Shown here: positions 60,123-64,000 of the stretch, piece after piece | Numbering within the stretch: the stretch's first letter is position 1 | How the letters are laid out: every line of letters begins with the position of its first letter | UHGV virus genome: UHGV-0125199 | Length of the DNA: 64,000 nucleotides | Source of the DNA: a virus | Direction: 5' to 3' (one strand) | The notes under the pieces: generated by a model | What the model was told of the DNA's origin: nothing | Database searches by the model: none | What the model saw: only the letters and a program-made list of their open reading frames with translations | Made by a program: the position numbers and the translations under genes

Positions 60123-60443
60123 TTTTCACCACCCTTCTGTACTTTGATATACAGAACGGGAGTGTTTGCGAAAGAAATCCGCAGAGATATGATGTATAGA
60201 AATGATACATATAATAATTAATCACCTTTCTGCCATATGTACTGTTTTCATTTCGTATACAAGATGTATACTTCCACAGACGCTTCTGCCAGATACATAC
60301 CCGTGGCAACGGATTGGTTGTGGTAGATCCAATCGATATGTATCCAATTTCATTATAACAGAATTTCACTGGAATTAAATATAGATTTTCTCCGTTTCGT
60401 ATAGTATGATAATAACAAACTATTATGAAACGGAGAAATTATT

Positions 60444-60584
60444 ATGTGTGAAAATTCAAGAAACCGTGAACCTATTAGATGGGAAATATCAAGTAAGAAT
60501 CCGTCGAGAGGTGATGCTCCATCTCCTATCGATATTTTCAATCAAGATATTTCTATGAATCAGGAAGGGGAAAACGAAGATTAA
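60444..60584 (+). CDS. small hydrophilic protein (46 aa) preceded by RBS-sequestering inverted repeat
   Basis: RBS ACGGAGAAA; 12-bp inverted repeat TTTCTCCGTTTC (60387) / GAAACGGAGAAA (60421). Confidence 0.3.
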   Translation: MCENSRNREPIRWEISSKNPSRGDAPSPIDIFNQDISMNQEGENED

Positions 60585-60612
60585 TATAAATATCAATGAG
60601 TTATTATACCAA

Positions 60613-61164
60613 ATGCCGCTCCTACTGGAATTCTTAGTTCCTGGTTTTATATTTATGACAATGTTTAATTATTTCACATCGTCAAAAATAGAACATTCAA
60701 TTCTATGGAGCGTTGCAATAAGCTACATATTAAAAGCATTATGTAGTTTTTTACACGAGTTCATTTTTAAAGATGTTATTTTCAAATGGAATGAACGTGT
60801 TATAATTCTTGTTTTAATATCAATTATTTTAACGATAATTCTAATTCGATTTTACGAGTCAGAATGGTTGCATAAAATATTCAAATTTATCAATTTCAAA
60901 ACCCAACATGATTGTATTTGGAATGATGTAATTGATATGAAAAGAGGAACAACATTAAAAGTTATTTGTAATGACACAACTTATATAGGAATATTGTATA
61001 TGTTTGAAGAACATGGAAAAGATTCTTGGTTTGTGTTATCAGATTATATTATAGAAGAAAATGGGAATGCTTATGATTCAAGTAAATCAAATTTTCCATG
61101 CAAAATTGCAATTAATTTGAATGATGCAAAAAGAATAGAATTATATTATGGAAACACAGAGTAG
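60613..61164 (+). CDS. membrane protein (183 aa, N-terminal TM helices)
   Basis: 'MPLLLEFLVPGFIFMTMFNYF' etc. Confidence 0.45.
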   Translation: MPLLLEFLVPGFIFMTMFNYFTSSKIEHSILWSVAISYILKALCSFLHEFIFKDVIFKWNERVIILVLISIILTIILIRFYESEWLHKIFKFINFKTQHDCIWNDVIDMKRGTTLKVICNDTTYIGILYMFEEHGKDSWFVLSDYIIEENGNAYDSSKSNFPCKIAINLNDAKRIELYYGNTE

Positions 61165-61256
61165 ATTTATTTCTCTCTGTGTTTATTTATTTACTACTGC
61201 TCTCCTTTCGTGAGGGCTTTTTTGATGTCCAAATTTGAGAGGAGTGATTTTTAAAA

Positions 61257-62471
61257 ATGAGTGAATATGAAGTACGCGTTGACACGAATGTAGACACAAG
61301 TGAACTCGATTCCGCACAGAAAAAATTAGATAGTTTAGTTAAAAATGGAAAACATATTAAAGTTGATTTTGATATTCAGGGAATGAAGAACCTGAATAAG
61401 ATCAATGGTGTCTTAAAAGGAATCGAAAAAAATAATAAGATCAGTGTAAAAGCTGATATGGATACATCCGGAATTAAAAAAGGATTATCTGATATTGAAA
61501 AAGCGAAACGAAGTGTTTCTACTTTAAAGATTGATGCAGATGTTTCAAAAGCGAATGCAGATTTTAAAAAGTTTGAATCTCTTACGACAAAATCCGCGGA
61601 AAAGGCTCGAAAGTTATTATCTGACATCAATAAAGATATTAATAATGTGAAATTGGCTCCAAATGATTCCATTATGGAAATTAATTTTAAAAAACTTACC
61701 AGTGATTTAGAAAAGTACAGGAATCAGATTAAGGTTGTACAAAATGAGCAAAAAGCTCTTGGTAATTCTATTACATCTGTATCAAAATCATTTAGTAAAA
61801 TTGATGCAGTAACTGCCTCTAACAAGACCTTAACGTGGTTAAAAAACAATAGTCGCGCTGCAAAAGTATATGGCGATCAACTAAAAGAAATTGCAGAATC
61901 TCAGAGAAAAGCAACATCAGATTCAGAGCTAACTTCACTAAATAAAGATTTCAACAAAACTGTATCTGAGGCAAAATTACTTGGACTTACTGGTAAAAGT
62001 TTTACAGCGGAATTTAAACGTGCATTTTCTCAAATTGCACAGTTTACGCAAATTTATGGTGGAATTGAAAATGTAATTCAGACTATTCAAAACTCTGTTA
62101 TTGAATTAAAAAATGTTGATTCTATTTTAACAGAAATTTCTAAAACATCTGATATGACAACAGATCAACTTACAAAACTTGGAGAAACATCTTTTGATTC
62201 CGCAAGCAAGTGGGGAAAGAAAGCAAGTGATTACCTACTTGGTATCCAAGAAATGAGTAGATCTGGCTATTATGGCAAACAGGCTGAACAAATGGCTGAA
62301 ACAAGTATTCTTGCTCAGGCAGCCGGTGATTTAAATTCAGATGTTGCAAATAGTTATCTTTTGGCATCGAATGCCGCATATCAATATTCTGGAAATGTTC
62401 AAAAACTTAATGCATTGCTTGATGGACAAAATATGATTAATATAGTGGTCATGCTATATAGAAATATATAG
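61257..62471 (+). CDS. tail tape-measure protein, exon 1 (N-terminal part)
   Basis: coiled-coil/alpha-rich TMP-like N-terminus; reading frame resumes after ~1.2-kb insertion with TMP core-like sequence. Confidence 0.5.
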   Translation: MSEYEVRVDTNVDTSELDSAQKKLDSLVKNGKHIKVDFDIQGMKNLNKINGVLKGIEKNNKISVKADMDTSGIKKGLSDIEKAKRSVSTLKIDADVSKANADFKKFESLTTKSAEKARKLLSDINKDINNVKLAPNDSIMEINFKKLTSDLEKYRNQIKVVQNEQKALGNSITSVSKSFSKIDAVTASNKTLTWLKNNSRAAKVYGDQLKEIAESQRKATSDSELTSLNKDFNKTVSEAKLLGLTGKSFTAEFKRAFSQIAQFTQIYGGIENVIQTIQNSVIELKNVDSILTEISKTSDMTTDQLTKLGETSFDSASKWGKKASDYLLGIQEMSRSGYYGKQAEQMAETSILAQAAGDLNSDVANSYLLASNAAYQYSGNVQKLNALLDGQNMINIVVMLYRNI

Positions 62472-63676
62472 CTTCATAGTTGGCTTTTATCCCGGAAACT
62501 CCAGAGATGGACAATCGGGAGGATAAGTTAAATAAAATACGGTAGAAAGAGGATATTATAGAAATAAAATTAAAATCATGGCAAACTCTCGCAAACTGTA
62601 AATTTTGTAATAAAGAGTTTGTAACTACTAAATATAAGGTTAATAATAATAAAAATGGTGTTTTTTGTAGTAGAAGTTGTTATGCTGACTACAAAAAAGA
62701 AACGATGACAGGTTCACAAAATATAAATTATAAAGAAAAGGTAAAGGTTCATTGCGATAATTGTGGTAAGGAAATTGAAAAAATACCATCTTTAACACAT
62801 AATATAAACAAACAAGGAGAAAACCATAACTTTTGTTCTTATGAATGTTATTGGGAATTTCGTAAAAAATATTATGTCGGGGATAAATTATATAATACTG
62901 GAAAAAAGATGGACGAAATTTTTTGCAATAAGGTAAGAGAAGCAACATTAAAACAATATCAAGATGGTATACTTGATAGACAAACAATACCACAAAAGAT
63001 AGTTAATAGTATATTAGAAAAAAATAATATTAATTATATCAATGAAAAAACTTTTAAATATTATTCTGTCGATAATTATTTAATAGAACATAATTTAATT
63101 ATTGAAGTTATGGGTGATTATTTTCATGTGAACCCTTTAATTTATACAGATTCAAATGAGATGAATAATATGCAGAAAAAGGATATTGATAGAGACAAAA
63201 GTAAACATACATATATAAAAAAATATCAGGATGTTGAAATTTTATACCTATGGGAATCCGATATAAAAAATAATCCTTTATTATGTGAAGAATTAATAAA
63301 AAAATATATAGAATCAAATGGCAAGTTGGAAGAATATAATTCTTTTAACTTTTCTTTTTGTGATAACAATTTAAAATTAAATAACAATATTATTAAACCG
63401 TATTTTATTTAACCCCCTAACGACTAAGTTGTAATATGGTAACATATTGCACACGCCGACTTCGATAGATATAGTCTATCCGTTACCTATAAGTCCGTAG
63501 GAACGCCTAACGTAAAACGAGGGAAAAGATATAGTCTAGTCTCACGCTATAATCTAAAAATGAAACGTGAGAGGTAGGATTAACGTCCTATCCGCTTTAT
63601 TGTTATTTAACAATAAAGTCCAATGCTTTGTCCTGGAAGCATAGTAATAGAACAAACTAACAGGAACAGTGTATCC
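62472..63676 (+). mobile_element. ~1.2-kb intervening sequence in tape-measure gene encoding a Zn-ribbon + Vsr/DUF559-like endonuclease (probable group I intron)
   Basis: structured GC-richer segments flanking HE ORF (e.g. 63421-63600); TMP frame re-opens at 63617. Confidence 0.5.
62705..63412 (+). CDS. homing-endonuclease-like protein: tandem C4 Zn-ribbons + PD-(D/E)xK Vsr/DUF559-like domain; ORF open upstream to 62546 without canonical start
   Basis: 'HCDNCGKE...CSYEC' ribbons; 'IIEVMGDYFH...DIDRDKSKHTYIKKYQDVEILYLWE' E-x-x-G-D-x-x-H ... D-R-D pattern. Confidence 0.5.
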   Translation: MTGSQNINYKEKVKVHCDNCGKEIEKIPSLTHNINKQGENHNFCSYECYWEFRKKYYVGDKLYNTGKKMDEIFCNKVREATLKQYQDGILDRQTIPQKIVNSILEKNNINYINEKTFKYYSVDNYLIEHNLIIEVMGDYFHVNPLIYTDSNEMNNMQKKDIDRDKSKHTYIKKYQDVEILYLWESDIKNNPLLCEELIKKYIESNGKLEEYNSFNFSFCDNNLKLNNNIIKPYFI

Positions 63677-64000
63677 ATGCAGGATATGGCAGAAGCCACA
63701 ACTCAAGCAGCTTCAATGGCATCAGAATTGGGGGTTCAAGAAAATCAACTTTCTGCGATGATTGGAACAATTGAGTCCAGAACAAAAGCAGGTGGCAATG
63801 AGGTTGGTAATGCGATCAAATCATTGTTGATAAACGTTCAGAATGTAAATAACTCAAAAATTGCAGAAACGTTTAAAAAAGCTGGCGTTGCTCAGACAGA
63901 GTTTGTAAACGGTGTAGAAAAAATGCGTAATCCAATTGAAGTATTGGAGGATCTTGCGAAAGTATTTAATCAATTAGAAGAGTCAGATCCACTGCGTACA
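63617..64000 (+). CDS. tail tape-measure protein, exon 2 (continues past window end)
   Basis: 'AEATTQAASMASELGVQENQLSAMIGTIESRTKAGGNEVGNAIKSLLINV' typical TMP core region. Confidence 0.55.

Noticed and set aside
42273-64000. Alternative genetic code (stop-codon recoding) to explain start-less ORFs
   Set aside because: Long structural genes translate cleanly under the standard code. Upstream extensions of the start-less ORFs hit further stops of other types.

Overview
The window reads as a segment of a large low-GC (Clostridia/Firmicutes-type) bacteriophage or prophage genome. It is AT-rich, densely packed with small genes, and carries several tRNAs and self-splicing-intron-like insertions.

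Layout:
- **1-2.3 kb:** a truncated IS605-family TnpB and a MazF/PemK-type toxin locus.
- **2.6-19.5 kb:** a long leftward (minus-strand) block of small, often acidic 'early' genes. It includes a tyrosine recombinase, a DnaN-like sliding clamp and a ParB/DGQHR-like nuclease-fold protein.
- **19.5-23 kb:** a ~3.5 kb regulatory/non-coding region. It holds convergent promoters around a terminator (candidate sRNA), a Cro-like HTH, an RHH regulator, iteron/inverted-repeat ori-like DNA and a strongly G-depleted ~500 nt tract.
- **23-25 kb:** a Y-family DNA polymerase plus YolD-like operon with a possible LexA (Cheo-like) box.
- **26.4-33.0 kb:** a direct-repeat-flanked cassette of an unknown 367-aa protein, a UvrD-like SF1 helicase, a 75-aa ORF and a 923-aa protein whose motifs suggest a divergent two-barrel (YonO/QDE-1-like) RNA polymerase.
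- **33-34.6 kb:** a structured non-coding region with tRNA-Gln and two degenerate tRNA-like elements.
- **34.6-41 kb:** PIN-PhoH, a metallophosphoesterase, HU and a second tyrosine recombinase.
- **41-42.3 kb:** tRNA-Glu and tRNA-Thr flanking a tail-fiber-like gene.
- **42.3-64 kb:** the rightward structural module (TerS-like, TerL, portal, scaffold, major capsid, tail genes, tape measure).

Both TerL and the tape-measure gene are interrupted by roughly 1-1.2 kb intervening sequences that encode homing endonucleases (LAGLIDADG and a Zn-ribbon plus Vsr/DUF559-like enzyme respectively). One 216-codon late ORF has no canonical start codon but a near-perfect SD positioned for ATT initiation or a prfB-like +1 frameshift. 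All calls rest on reading the sequence and motifs by eye; no database searches were run.
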